Shown piece after piece: positions 9,388-18,706 of a stretch of DNA of 32,000 nucleotides. This DNA comes from Acaryochloris marina MBIC11017. Its GTDB lineage: Bacteria; Cyanobacteriota; Cyanobacteriia; Thermosynechococcales; Thermosynechococcaceae. Below the pieces are notes generated by a model. The model had not been told where the DNA came from and did not search any database. It worked only from the letters and a program-made list of their open reading frames with translations. Positions within the stretch are counted from its first letter, which is position 1. Every line of letters starts with the position of its first letter. The stretch spans positions 1,680,001-1,712,000 of the forward strand of contig NC_009925.1 in the NCBI RefSeq assembly GCF_000018105.1, read 5' to 3'. A program made the translations under genes and the position numbers.

Positions 9388-10164
9388 TTATAAATACTGC
9401 TTGAAAAGCTGTTGAACCTGAAGCCAACTCTGGGCTGCCGCTTCAGGCTGATAGCTGGCCCGCTGATCACAGAAAAAACCATGGGCGGCAGGGTACATAA
9501 ACACTTGATGACGGATCTGGTGTGCTTGCAACTCAGCCTGAATTTGCGCCACATCCGTAGGTGGAATCAAAGGGTCCTCAGTGCCAAAAAAAGCATAGAG
9601 TACCCCTGAAATTTGAGGGGTTAGGGATAGCGTCGGTGCTCCCCCTCCTGGTGTCATCGTGGCGATACCCGCTCCATAGAAGGACGCGGTCGCCTGAATC
9701 TCTGGCAAAGTCGCTGCTAAATAGGCGACATGTCCACCAAAACAGAATCCAATGGTGCCAAAAGATGATTGAACCGGTTCTTGTTGCTGGAGATAAGCCA
9801 ACGTAGCTCGGGTATCACTTAACAAGTCAGCAGCGGTCGTTTGATTTTTATAAGTTCTTCCTAGTTCTAAATCAGCAGGACTATACCCCACTTCAAATCT
9901 TGGAGCTTGGCGTTGGTAAAGGGCAGGGGCAATCGCTACATATCCCAGCTGAGCGATCCGATCCGTAACAGATCGGATGTGCTCATTGACCCCAAATACT
10001 TCTTGAAAGACAACAATACCTGGCCAGGTCCCCGCACCGATCGGTTTGGCAACATAGGCTTCTATGGGGATATCTCCAGTATGGAGGGTCACTGATTTGG
10101 CTTGAGTTTCTACCACAACACTTCTTTTATCTCGGATTACGCCATGTCTAGTGTCTCGAAACAT
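9388..10164 (-). CDS. Dienelactone hydrolase family protein
   Basis: 258-aa ORF with an alpha/beta-hydrolase pattern, the Cys nucleophile elbow GFCFGG and a C-terminal AAHGFF histidine context. It is convergent with rne; the stop codons are 16 nt apart. Confidence 0.8.
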   Translation of the reverse strand: MFRDTRHGVIRDKRSVVVETQAKSVTLHTGDIPIEAYVAKPIGAGTWPGIVVFQEVFGVNEHIRSVTDRIAQLGYVAIAPALYQRQAPRFEVGYSPADLELGRTYKNQTTAADLLSDTRATLAYLQQQEPVQSSFGTIGFCFGGHVAYLAATLPEIQATASFYGAGIATMTPGGGAPTLSLTPQISGVLYAFFGTEDPLIPPTDVAQIQAELQAHQIRHQVFMYPAAHGFFCDQRASYQPEAAAQSWLQVQQLFKQYL

Positions 10165-10268
10165 CTAGGGTTTGGAAAGGGATTTGACGACGGGAATTGA
10201 TAGACTTGGCAACTGAACTATTGCAGAAAGAACTGATTTAAGTCTGTCAATCCTTCTCTTCAGCTCAT

Positions 10269-11324
10269 ATGATAGAGGGATTGCTGCTTTCACATTGCCC
10301 TTGGCCTATGATGGTCCAGTTTAAAATTCAGCCGGATAGCGAGATCCCGGCCTCGACGCAGTTATTTAACCAAGTCTGCTTTGCGATCGCATCTCGGCAG
10401 TTCGCCCCTGGCTACCGACTCCCCAGTACGCGACAGCTGGCCATGCAAACGGGGCTTCATCGCAATACGATCAGCAAAGTCTATGAACGCCTTGAAAATG
10501 CGGGCTTTGTAGAAGCCCAAGTGGGGTCTGGGATTTATGTTCGAGCCTTAGGCCAGGAATCCTTACCGATCACAGAAGAAGAAACGGCCACTCCCGTTCC
10601 TGAACTGATTGAGCAAAGTTTAGACGGTTTTCTTCAACGAGGCTACACCCTCAAACAGGTAGAAGAACTATTTCTCAATGCCATCACCGAGCGTCTGCGG
10701 GCCAGCACCCGCGTTATCGTCACCGTCCCTAAACATGACTGGGGAGCAGGTGAAATTATGGTGCAGGAGCTTCAGCAAGCCTTATCGATCACCATTCAGT
10801 TAGTGGCCCTAGAAGAGCTATCTACGGACTTAAAATCCCGAAAAGCAGCGACGGTGCTGACAGTTCGCTATTTTGCCACCCAAGCTGAAGAAATTTTGGC
10901 CGACGTGCAGGCCAAACATAAAGACCCCAAAGCCTTTCGCATTATCCCCATCGACATTTATGACTACTCGGAGGAACTTGAGCTGATTAAAGCCTTACCC
11001 GAAGGCAGTCGTCTGGGGTTAGTCAGTCTCAGCCCTGGCACCTTAGGGGTGGCTGAAGTCATGATTTATAGCCTTCGGGGGGAAGATATTTACGTCATGA
11101 GTGCTGAGTGTAAGGACACCTACAAACTCAATGCCGTTATCCGCCATGCTCAAACCATTATTTGCGATCAAGCCAGTTTCGATCCCTTAAAAGCCGCAGT
11201 TATTGCAGCAGAACCAGATCTAATTCGTCTCCCTAAGCTGGTGTGCTGCCGCAATTACATCGATCCACAGTCCATCGAATTGTTACAGCGAGAATTAGGT
11301 ATAGAAGATCTATCTAACGCTTAA
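10269..11324 (+). CDS. plmA: GntR-family transcriptional regulator, PlmA-like (cyanobacteria-specific subfamily)
   Basis: N-terminal GntR winged HTH (LPSTRQLAMQTGLHRNTISKVYERLENAGFVEAQVGSGIYV) followed by a C-terminal domain of about 250 aa unlike the FadR, HutC, MocR or YtrA effector domains. The true start is more likely ATG 10308 or 10311 (MMVQFKIQ...). The plmA assignment comes from architecture, not from a search. Confidence 0.6.
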   Translation: MIEGLLLSHCPWPMMVQFKIQPDSEIPASTQLFNQVCFAIASRQFAPGYRLPSTRQLAMQTGLHRNTISKVYERLENAGFVEAQVGSGIYVRALGQESLPITEEETATPVPELIEQSLDGFLQRGYTLKQVEELFLNAITERLRASTRVIVTVPKHDWGAGEIMVQELQQALSITIQLVALEELSTDLKSRKAATVLTVRYFATQAEEILADVQAKHKDPKAFRIIPIDIYDYSEELELIKALPEGSRLGLVSLSPGTLGVAEVMIYSLRGEDIYVMSAECKDTYKLNAVIRHAQTIICDQASFDPLKAAVIAAEPDLIRLPKLVCCRNYIDPQSIELLQRELGIEDLSNA

Positions 11325-11557
11325 ATCCGTGTTCAGTATCCTTTCTCTACTGCGGCTTATATTTTTCCGGGGCAAGGGATAAACCCTGTCATCAAAGTCT
11401 GTTCGCCTAGATACTTGAGCATCACCAGTTCGAGTTGCAAAGACTTAGGATAAAGATGTAAAGGGTTCATGTAGTACTGAGTTAGAGTTGGCAAAAATCG
11501 CTAGACTAAACCCAATTCCAAGAAGCAACCCACATTCTGCATTACGAGAAACCAACC

Positions 11558-12817
11558 ATGAACGTCAGCCTCAGTCTGGCCCTAAACGATGACCAACTTG
11601 ATGCATCCCAAGGAACGCAACAACGGCAATTATCCATTGCTGTGTCTGCCATTCACGACACGGGATTGAACAATGGCACTCGCAACGCGCCCTTGAACCT
11701 CTGTCTGATATTGGATCACAGTGGCTCAATGACGGGCCGTCCGTTAACAACGGTTAAAGAAGCGGCCCAAAGCCTGATCGATCGGCTCAATCCTGGCGAT
11801 CGCATTGCTGTCGTGGCCTTTGATCACCACGCCAAAGTCCTGGTGCCCAATCAACTCGTGGAAGACCCCGAGCAAATTAAAGCCCTGATCCAAAGGCTTG
11901 AGCCTAAAGGGGGCACTGCCATTGATGATGGTATGAAGCTAGGGATTGAAGAGTTAGCGGTCGGTAAACAAGGCACGATTTCCCAAGCTTTTCTGCTCAC
12001 AGATGGTGAAAATGAACATGGCGATAATCAGCGCTGTCAACAGTTTGCTGAGCTAGCAGCGGGGTATAACATAACACTCAATACCCTGGGCTTTGGCAGT
12101 CATTGGAATGAAGATGTACTGGAAGGCATCGCGGATTCTGGAGGGGGAAGCCTCTCCTTTATCGAGAAGCCAGAAAATGCCGTGGATGTCTTCAATAGCC
12201 TGTTTACCCGCATTGAAACCGTCAGCTTAACGAATGCCCATTTCTTAATTTCCCTAAGCCCCGGGGTCCGGCTGGCTAATCTCAAACCTGTGGCTCAAGT
12301 CACCCCTGAGACCGTAGAGCTACCGATTACAGAGGAAGGCGAGTTAGCCATTATTCGAATCGGAGATCTGATGACCCAGATGCAACGAACGGTACTCGCC
12401 AATCTTTATATTGATCAGCTCCCACCAGGTCGACAGACCATTGCTACCCTTCAGGTCCGCTATGACAATCCTGCGTTGGAACAAACGGATCTGCTTTCCG
12501 AAAAAATCCCGGTTGAGATTGAGGTGACGGAAAGTTATCAACCCTCCTCGAACCCAGATGTTCAGAAAAATATTTTGGCGTTAGCCAAATATCGTCAGAC
12601 GCAAATTGCAGAAACAAAGCTGCAGGAAGGAGATCGTGCGGGTGCAGCAACCATGCTGCAAATGGCCGCAACTACTGCCTTGCAAATGGGGGATGAAAAT
12701 GCTGCCACAATCTTACAAGGCAGCGCCACTCGTCTACAGGCAGGAGAAGAGCTGTCGGATAGCGATCGCAAAAGAACCCGCATCGTGTCCAAAACGACAT
12801 TACAAGCTCCTTCCTAA
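11558..12817 (+). CDS. von Willebrand factor type A (VWA) domain protein, probably cytoplasmic
   Basis: 419-aa ORF with a complete MIDAS: DHSGSM (DxSxS), GGTAID threonine and LLTDGE aspartate. No signal peptide. The C-terminal 67 aa carry six T-x-L-Q motifs. Confidence 0.85.
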   Translation: MNVSLSLALNDDQLDASQGTQQRQLSIAVSAIHDTGLNNGTRNAPLNLCLILDHSGSMTGRPLTTVKEAAQSLIDRLNPGDRIAVVAFDHHAKVLVPNQLVEDPEQIKALIQRLEPKGGTAIDDGMKLGIEELAVGKQGTISQAFLLTDGENEHGDNQRCQQFAELAAGYNITLNTLGFGSHWNEDVLEGIADSGGGSLSFIEKPENAVDVFNSLFTRIETVSLTNAHFLISLSPGVRLANLKPVAQVTPETVELPITEEGELAIIRIGDLMTQMQRTVLANLYIDQLPPGRQTIATLQVRYDNPALEQTDLLSEKIPVEIEVTESYQPSSNPDVQKNILALAKYRQTQIAETKLQEGDRAGAATMLQMAATTALQMGDENAATILQGSATRLQAGEELSDSDRKRTRIVSKTTLQAPS

Positions 12818-12878
12818 CCCGTAGAGCAATGTTCAATCCAACTGCCACGCTGCTCACATCATTCACCCAACAGCACCT

Positions 12879-14384
12879 ATGACTGGCTTACTTTTTTTGG
12901 CCGCTTTTATAATTCTCGGAGTCGGCTATCAACGCGCCCGTCCCATGGGGAAAATTGGCGTTTTAGCCTGGCTACAATCCCTTGTTCTTATGGGCCCCTG
13001 GCTGCTCATGTTTGGTCTGCTCAGTTTAGGGATTACCCTCAACCTAGCGAGCGTTCTTTTGATGGTCGTCTTGTCTGTTAGCCTCTATATCATCCTAGGC
13101 CGACGGTTACGCTCTTTAGCCAATCAAGACTCCCAGCAGATCCGCCCCCCAAACACTCCAGATCGCTCTTCCACAGAATCAGCTGCCGCCCCTAGCCCAG
13201 ATCCCCTTATTGCAAATAGCAAAGATCCCGATTCCAAGCCCCCTGAAGTTCCCCCAACAACAATTGCCCCGCCTCCCATTTCAGCAGACGATCTCAAATC
13301 AATTCAGGGCATCTTTGGCATTGACACTTTTTTTGCTACAGAAACTATTCCCTATCAAGATGGGGTGATTATTCAGGGTAATTTGAGAGGAGATGCCCCC
13401 ACCGTTCATTCCGAGTTAACCCAACAACTCGAATCAAGATTGCCAGAGCAGTATCGTTTATTTCTGGTCGAGAATACGGACGAAAAACCCATCGTCATTG
13501 TCTTACCACGACGCAACGATCCAAAAGTCGGTGGGTGGACCCAAAAGCTGTTTGCAACCATTCTTAGTCTAGCTACCATTGGATCCTGCCTTATTACAGG
13601 TGCCTTTTTATTGTCTTTCAACCTCGTTGAACAACCCGAGCGGTTATCAGAAGCACTCCCTATCGGCTTAGGATTAGTGGGCGTGTTAGTCGCCCATGAA
13701 GTCGGCCATCAGATTAGTGCCCAACGCTATCAGGTGCGTTTAAGTTGGCCCTTCCCTTTTCCAGCCCTGCAAATTGGTTCTTTTGGTGTCTTTAATCGGT
13801 TTGAATCTCTACTGCCAAATCGCCAAAGCTTATTTGATATCGCCTTTTCCGGCCCAGCTGCTGGGGGATTATTTTCACTCACATTGCTTATTTTGGGATT
13901 AATTTTGTCCCCGTCCAGCCCTATCTTACCGCTTGATATTTCGTTTCTGAGAGGGTCGATTTTAGTGGGGATGTTAGCGCGTCTGTTCTTGGGAGATACT
14001 TTGCAAGTCTCCAGCGTCTTGGTTCATCCCTTAGTCGGTGTAGGCTGGATTGGCCTGGTGATCACAGCCCTGAATTTAATGCCTGCCGGTTCTCTAGATG
14101 GCGGACGGATTATTCAAGCCATCTATGGACGAAAAATTGCGCGTTTAAGTACCTGGATTACCCTCGTGGTATTGGCTCTGATTGCCATTGCTAACCCCAT
14201 TGCCTTGTATTGGGCCATCATTATTTTGCTTCTGCAGCGAGATTTAGAACGTCCCAGCCTTAATGAGCTTACAGAACCGGATGATACCCGAGCAGCGTTA
14301 GGATTAGCGGCTTTATTTATCATGGTGGCCATTCTGATGCCGCTTTCTCCAAGTTTAGCGACTCGTATTGGTATTGGTACGTAG
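12879..14384 (+). CDS. M50 site-2 (intramembrane) metalloprotease, EGY-like
   Basis: 501-aa polytopic ORF with HEVGH (HExxH) in a TM segment and NLMPAGSLDGG (NxxPxxxLDG). Pro/Ser-rich loop after the N-terminal TM helices. Only 61 nt downstream of the VWA gene. Confidence 0.85.
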   Translation: MTGLLFLAAFIILGVGYQRARPMGKIGVLAWLQSLVLMGPWLLMFGLLSLGITLNLASVLLMVVLSVSLYIILGRRLRSLANQDSQQIRPPNTPDRSSTESAAAPSPDPLIANSKDPDSKPPEVPPTTIAPPPISADDLKSIQGIFGIDTFFATETIPYQDGVIIQGNLRGDAPTVHSELTQQLESRLPEQYRLFLVENTDEKPIVIVLPRRNDPKVGGWTQKLFATILSLATIGSCLITGAFLLSFNLVEQPERLSEALPIGLGLVGVLVAHEVGHQISAQRYQVRLSWPFPFPALQIGSFGVFNRFESLLPNRQSLFDIAFSGPAAGGLFSLTLLILGLILSPSSPILPLDISFLRGSILVGMLARLFLGDTLQVSSVLVHPLVGVGWIGLVITALNLMPAGSLDGGRIIQAIYGRKIARLSTWITLVVLALIAIANPIALYWAIIILLLQRDLERPSLNELTEPDDTRAALGLAALFIMVAILMPLSPSLATRIGIGT

Positions 14385-14564
14385 TATATGCATGCCTAAC
14401 CATAAGGCCTAGCAATGAAGATTAATTGGGTGAGCAAGGCAAATGGATGTCGAGGCTTATCTGATTCTCATCAGAGTTGGTCTGAGCTGAGAGATGTGGA
14501 GAGTGATGAATGGCTAATCTAGCATCGAGCATTCCCCTGCCATACACTAGTCTCAGGTGAATTC

Positions 14565-15116
14565 ATGCAACGATCTCATGCCAATTCGGTCATTCTCTTT
14601 TTGCTAATCAGCAGTTTATGGCTCATCCCTGGGTTAGGACAGAGTCAGGCCACACAGATCTCGCTAGAGCAAGCCAAGCAGGAACTCAAAGCAGGGCAAT
14701 ATAATCAAGCTGAAATTCATCTACGTCAGATTGTGCAAGATCAACCTCAGTCGGCCGAAGCCTACTTCAATTTAGGGCTAAGCCTACATCTACAGCTCGA
14801 ATTAGACGAAGCGATAAAAACCTATGAACAGGCGATCCAACTTGACCCCACTTACGACCGCCCTTATACCAATATGGGGTTAGCGTTGATTGAAGCCAAT
14901 CAACTGGATGAAGCCAGTACTGTATTCAAACAGGTCTTATCTTTACCAGAACGCCCCGAGCAACCCGCTAGCATCCACACCTTGGCCCACTACAATTTAG
15001 CCATTATCCTCAAACGGCAAGGCAAGCTAGATGCTGCGCAGCAGGAGGTCCAGGCAGCTCTAGCCATCACACCTGGTTTTACGCAAGCTCAAACACTCCA
15101 ACAAATGCTGAACTGA
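14565..15116 (+). CDS. Secreted tetratricopeptide-repeat (TPR) protein
   Basis: 183-aa ORF. Signal-peptide-like N-terminus (VILFLLISSLWLIPGLGQSQA), then TPR-like units of about 34 aa (AEAYFNLGLSL...AIKTYEQAIQLDP, PYTNMGLALIE...). Confidence 0.75.
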   Translation: MQRSHANSVILFLLISSLWLIPGLGQSQATQISLEQAKQELKAGQYNQAEIHLRQIVQDQPQSAEAYFNLGLSLHLQLELDEAIKTYEQAIQLDPTYDRPYTNMGLALIEANQLDEASTVFKQVLSLPERPEQPASIHTLAHYNLAIILKRQGKLDAAQQEVQAALAITPGFTQAQTLQQMLN

Positions 15117-15127
15117 AACGCTCGCTT

Positions 15128-16681
15128 TTATTGCCCCTTGGACAAGATATAGCCCACAGTGCGATTTTCAGACGTAAAGGTCGCTTTTGCAATGCGCTGA
15201 ACATCTTCTGGAGTAACCGATTCAATCTTTTCAAGTTCACTAAATAGATTGCGCCAATCTCCAGTTTTGACTTCATACTCTGTCAGTAGCCTTGCCATAC
15301 CACTATTCGAATCTAGCGATCGCAATAGGCTAGCCCGCGCCTGGGTTTTCAGGCGATCCAAGTCTTGAATATCCACCAATTCCGTCTTGAGTTTTGCCAA
15401 CTCGGCATTCAAAGCAGTAGCCACTTCATCCACCGTATGTCCAGGTGCTGTTAACGCATAGAACAACATCAGGTTCGGGTATTTATCCCCAGGAAAGCCA
15501 CTAAAGCCTTCGGCACTTAAGGCAATTTTCTGAGATTCCACTAAAGACTTATAAAGCCGAGATGTACGGCCATCACTCAGCAAGCTAGCAATTAGTTCAT
15601 AGATGACATGATCTGGATCGCTAATGGCAGGACGATGATAGCCTTCCAGATACCAAGGTTGGGATTTTAGCTCCAGAGTCACAGACTTTGTTTTCTGCTG
15701 TGGGGGTTCTACCTCCGTGACTTGAGGCGGCTGCGATCGCGACTTGAAGCGCCCAAAATAGGTTTTCGCAAGCTTCTTCACTTCTTTGGGATTCACATCT
15801 CCAACAATGGCAATGGTTAAATTACCTGGACCATAATAGGTATCAAAAAAGTCTTGGACATTCTGGCGAGTTAAATTACGAAGATCTTTTTCATAGCCAA
15901 TTACTGGCTGCAGATAAGGGTGGACATCAAAGGCTTCACCTAAGAAGACTTCCACCATTTTGCCGATGGGCGAATTATCTGTGCGTAACCGCCGTTCTTC
16001 TAAGATGACTTGTTTTTCCTTATAGAATTCCCGAAAAACAGGCTCTAAGAAGCGCTCTGACTCCAAAGACATCCAGAGTTCCAGCTTATTGGCAGGCAAA
16101 CTGTAGAAATAGCGAGTTGCATCGGAAGAGGTCGTGGCATTGAGGCCCACTCCCCCCTCTTGATTGATAATTTGGCCCATCTCGTTTTGCTTGACCAGTT
16201 CCCCTGCTTGCTTGGAAACTTCAGCAAACTCTTGGGTTAGGGCTTGAACTGCCTGCTCATCTTTTTTTGACTTGGCCACTTGGATTTGGTCAAAGAGCTT
16301 GTCTTGCTGCTCTAAAAGCGGTTTTTCAGCTTCATAGTCTGTCGCACCAATCCGGCGAGTCCCTTTGAATGCTAAATGTTCTAGATAATGGGCAACTCCA
16401 GTTTGTCCCATCGGTTCATCAGAACCACCCACATCTGCATAGGTATGCAACGCAACAACGGGTGCCTGATGTCTTTCTAGAACAATAAACTTCAGGCCAT
16501 TTTTAAGCCGGAATGTCGTCACCTTATCCTTAACACGGTCCAGATAGGGTTGGATAGATTGACCCGCTTCTGCTGGAGGGGGTTTCGGGGTTTCTGCCCA
16601 AACCGGTTGACCATAAAGAGCGAGGCTAACAAAGGCAGCCAGCAGCAACAAAGCAATTTTGTGTAATCTAGACAACCGCAT
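15128..16681 (-). CDS. M16 (pitrilysin/insulinase) family zinc peptidase, secreted
   Basis: 517-aa ORF with a signal peptide (IALLLLAAFVSLALYGQPVWA) and the inverted zinc motif HYLEH (HxxEH). It starts 22 nt downstream of the SPOR-repeat gene on the same strand, so an operon is likely. Confidence 0.85.
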   Translation of the reverse strand: MRLSRLHKIALLLLAAFVSLALYGQPVWAETPKPPPAEAGQSIQPYLDRVKDKVTTFRLKNGLKFIVLERHQAPVVALHTYADVGGSDEPMGQTGVAHYLEHLAFKGTRRIGATDYEAEKPLLEQQDKLFDQIQVAKSKKDEQAVQALTQEFAEVSKQAGELVKQNEMGQIINQEGGVGLNATTSSDATRYFYSLPANKLELWMSLESERFLEPVFREFYKEKQVILEERRLRTDNSPIGKMVEVFLGEAFDVHPYLQPVIGYEKDLRNLTRQNVQDFFDTYYGPGNLTIAIVGDVNPKEVKKLAKTYFGRFKSRSQPPQVTEVEPPQQKTKSVTLELKSQPWYLEGYHRPAISDPDHVIYELIASLLSDGRTSRLYKSLVESQKIALSAEGFSGFPGDKYPNLMLFYALTAPGHTVDEVATALNAELAKLKTELVDIQDLDRLKTQARASLLRSLDSNSGMARLLTEYEVKTGDWRNLFSELEKIESVTPEDVQRIAKATFTSENRTVGYILSKGQ

Positions 16682-16703
16682 TCTCCTTGTAATGGTGTCG
16701 GAG

Positions 16704-18338
16704 TTACTGAGTTTTCTCCAGAATCGGATTCATCCCATGGCGTTGGATCAGTTGCATTCTATCTTGTGCTTCTCGCACAGAGGCAAATGACCCCACTTGC
16801 ATCACGGATCGTCCACGATAAGAAGACCGAAACGCACCAGGAACCAACCCTTTCAGTTTACTTTTTTGACGGGAGTTAAAGGCTGATACCACCACACGAT
16901 ATCGAGGTCCTAAAGCAATCGATGAAGAAGGGGGAGCAGGGGGTAAACCAGCCCGAAGATTATAGATATCGGAGCCTTTATCTGCCCGCCCAATAGGAAT
17001 CCTCGAACCCGGCACCGGAAGTACACCCACCTGAGCAGGCACGGTTCGCAGGGCGAGGCGGCGCCGACTATCTTTGATAACCTCAGGCCTCAAACCATTT
17101 CGTTTCATCAGCTTGACCATCCGATCCAGTTTGGAACGACTGTCAAATAACCCCACTTGCATTACGGACCGCCCTTTGTAGGAAGATCGAAAGGCATCAG
17201 GGACCAGAGACTTAATTTTAGATTTTTGTTTGGTATTTCGAGGTCTAACAACCACCCGATACAGGGTATTCGAACGGCGAGCAGCCGATTTAAACCGACG
17301 CCCACGATCGGCGGATGGGGAAGGAACCGGGATATCTACACCCCGGCTGGCAATCGAAGAAGGAGGGACCGCAGCAATTCGAGACCGCTCATTTTCAATC
17401 ACCTCTGGTCTCAAGTCATTTCGCTTCAACAACTTGACGATGTTATCGACTTTGGAGCGGCTATTGAACAAGCCGACCTGCATCACCGAACGGCCTTGGT
17501 AGTTGGATCGAAATGCATCTGGCACTAATGATTTGATGCGAGACTTTTGCCTGCTATTGCGGGGCTCCACTACAACGCGATAGAGAAACCCTGACCGAGG
17601 CACTGCTGCAGTTCGAGAAAGCACAGGGATATCGACGGCTTTTGCAGGGGAAGGGGGCACAATAGGCTCTCTCCTCGCGGATGATCGTGGGGGAGGAGAT
17701 AAGCGCCGTCCCGCAAAAACAGCCGGCTGTGCTTGCTCAGTATTGAGATAAATATGGCCTAGGGTTTTGCCATTGTAGGTCCGTTTGGCAAACTGCCAAC
17801 CCGAATTTAAGTGAATTTTGAGCAGGCCAGAACTCATCCCTCGGGTCCTGCCGATGACCATGGGGTCTCCTAACCGGCGCGAACTAGGCATGCCTAGTAA
17901 CAGCAGCTCATCCCCTTGCTTTTGCAACGTCAGCTGGTAATTTAACCCCAGATCTTTGCCTGCCTGGCGGATAGAGTAGCCATTGCTATCGGTGCTGCGT
18001 CCACAAATTCCCGTAAAGTCGAACTGGAGCAACAGGGGTTCAATTTCGGTTGGACTCGATCCATGCTCTTTCCAACATTTTTTGCTGCTAGAAATTTGCT
18101 CTAGAATCAGCAAATTGTAGTAGCCCCGATCTCGAGGTACTGCAACCGCAATAAATTTATTTTGGGGAACCGCTGTTTTCCCAAAGGTAGCGGCTAATAG
18201 GGTTTGAGGGCTGCGTTTACTCTTTACTAGGTCTGAGTTTGTAGCGGGTATTCCAACTGCGATCGCAGGTAAAGTCGTCGCAAATGGAATGGCAGCAGCG
18301 GCCAATGCCGTCAACCTATGAAGAGATAAGTAATGCAT
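16704..18338 (-). CDS. Exported protein: conserved N-terminal domain plus three SPOR-like peptidoglycan-binding repeats
   Basis: 544-aa ORF with a signal-peptide-like N-terminus. The N-terminal domain of about 200 aa may be a cyanobacterial DUF; I cannot verify this. Three units of about 63 aa read YRVVV-x-PRN-x-QKSKIKSLVPDAFRSSY-x-GRSVMQVGLF-x-SRSK-x(9)-KRNGLRPEVI, fitting the SPOR pattern (YxVQxGxF ... A ... L ... G). Confidence 0.7.
   Translation of the reverse strand: MHYLSLHRLTALAAAAIPFATTLPAIAVGIPATNSDLVKSKRSPQTLLAATFGKTAVPQNKFIAVAVPRDRGYYNLLILEQISSSKKCWKEHGSSPTEIEPLLLQFDFTGICGRSTDSNGYSIRQAGKDLGLNYQLTLQKQGDELLLLGMPSSRRLGDPMVIGRTRGMSSGLLKIHLNSGWQFAKRTYNGKTLGHIYLNTEQAQPAVFAGRRLSPPPRSSARREPIVPPSPAKAVDIPVLSRTAAVPRSGFLYRVVVEPRNSRQKSRIKSLVPDAFRSNYQGRSVMQVGLFNSRSKVDNIVKLLKRNDLRPEVIENERSRIAAVPPSSIASRGVDIPVPSPSADRGRRFKSAARRSNTLYRVVVRPRNTKQKSKIKSLVPDAFRSSYKGRSVMQVGLFDSRSKLDRMVKLMKRNGLRPEVIKDSRRRLALRTVPAQVGVLPVPGSRIPIGRADKGSDIYNLRAGLPPAPPSSSIALGPRYRVVVSAFNSRQKSKLKGLVPGAFRSSYRGRSVMQVGSFASVREAQDRMQLIQRHGMNPILEKTQ
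16716..17585 (-). repeat. Three in-frame coding repeats (SPOR-like units) at 17394-17585, 17070-17264 and 16716-16904
   Basis: Repeat positions were mapped from protein residues 252-315, 359-423 and 479-541. Peptide identity is high, but the DNA copies differ at many third-codon positions. Confidence 0.75.
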
Positions 18339-18706
18339 GGGGTTGTCTCCAGCGCCCTGATTGATGACGATGAATGCTCTTTAAGTATTATTCCCAAACT
18401 AAAAAAAAGAAATCAGTCAGATCTAGGTTGAAGCTTGAGTTTTACAAGATTAACTTAAACCTTTGGATTTTGAAGTGGATTTTTTGTTCTCGGTTATAAA
18501 ACAGAACATTTATCAGTTTGAGTCGGTTTCTAACTCTGGATAGAGTATCAGAACCCGCTCCAGATGGATAGTACCCAAAAAACCTTTATCACCTACCTGT
18601 CGAAGCAACAGCAACTGAAGTTCCCAACGATAAGCAATTGGGGCAATCCCAAGGACAAGTAGCTTAGAACCACTCCATTAAATCTTTTCGAACAAAAAAT
18701 CTTTGA

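Noticed and set aside
8099-9609. Shadow ORFs across the rne 3' half and the dienelactone hydrolase gene (for example 8428-8709 minus, 9082-9348 plus, 9221-9427 minus, 9345-9554 minus)
   Set aside because: They overlap well-supported genes, and their Arg/Pro-rich translations arise from the GC-rich repetitive tail-coding DNA.
11425-11440. AGTTCGAGTT T-loop-like motif upstream of the VWA gene
   Set aside because: The flanking 5-mers cannot pair and there is no acceptor stem, so it is not a tRNA.
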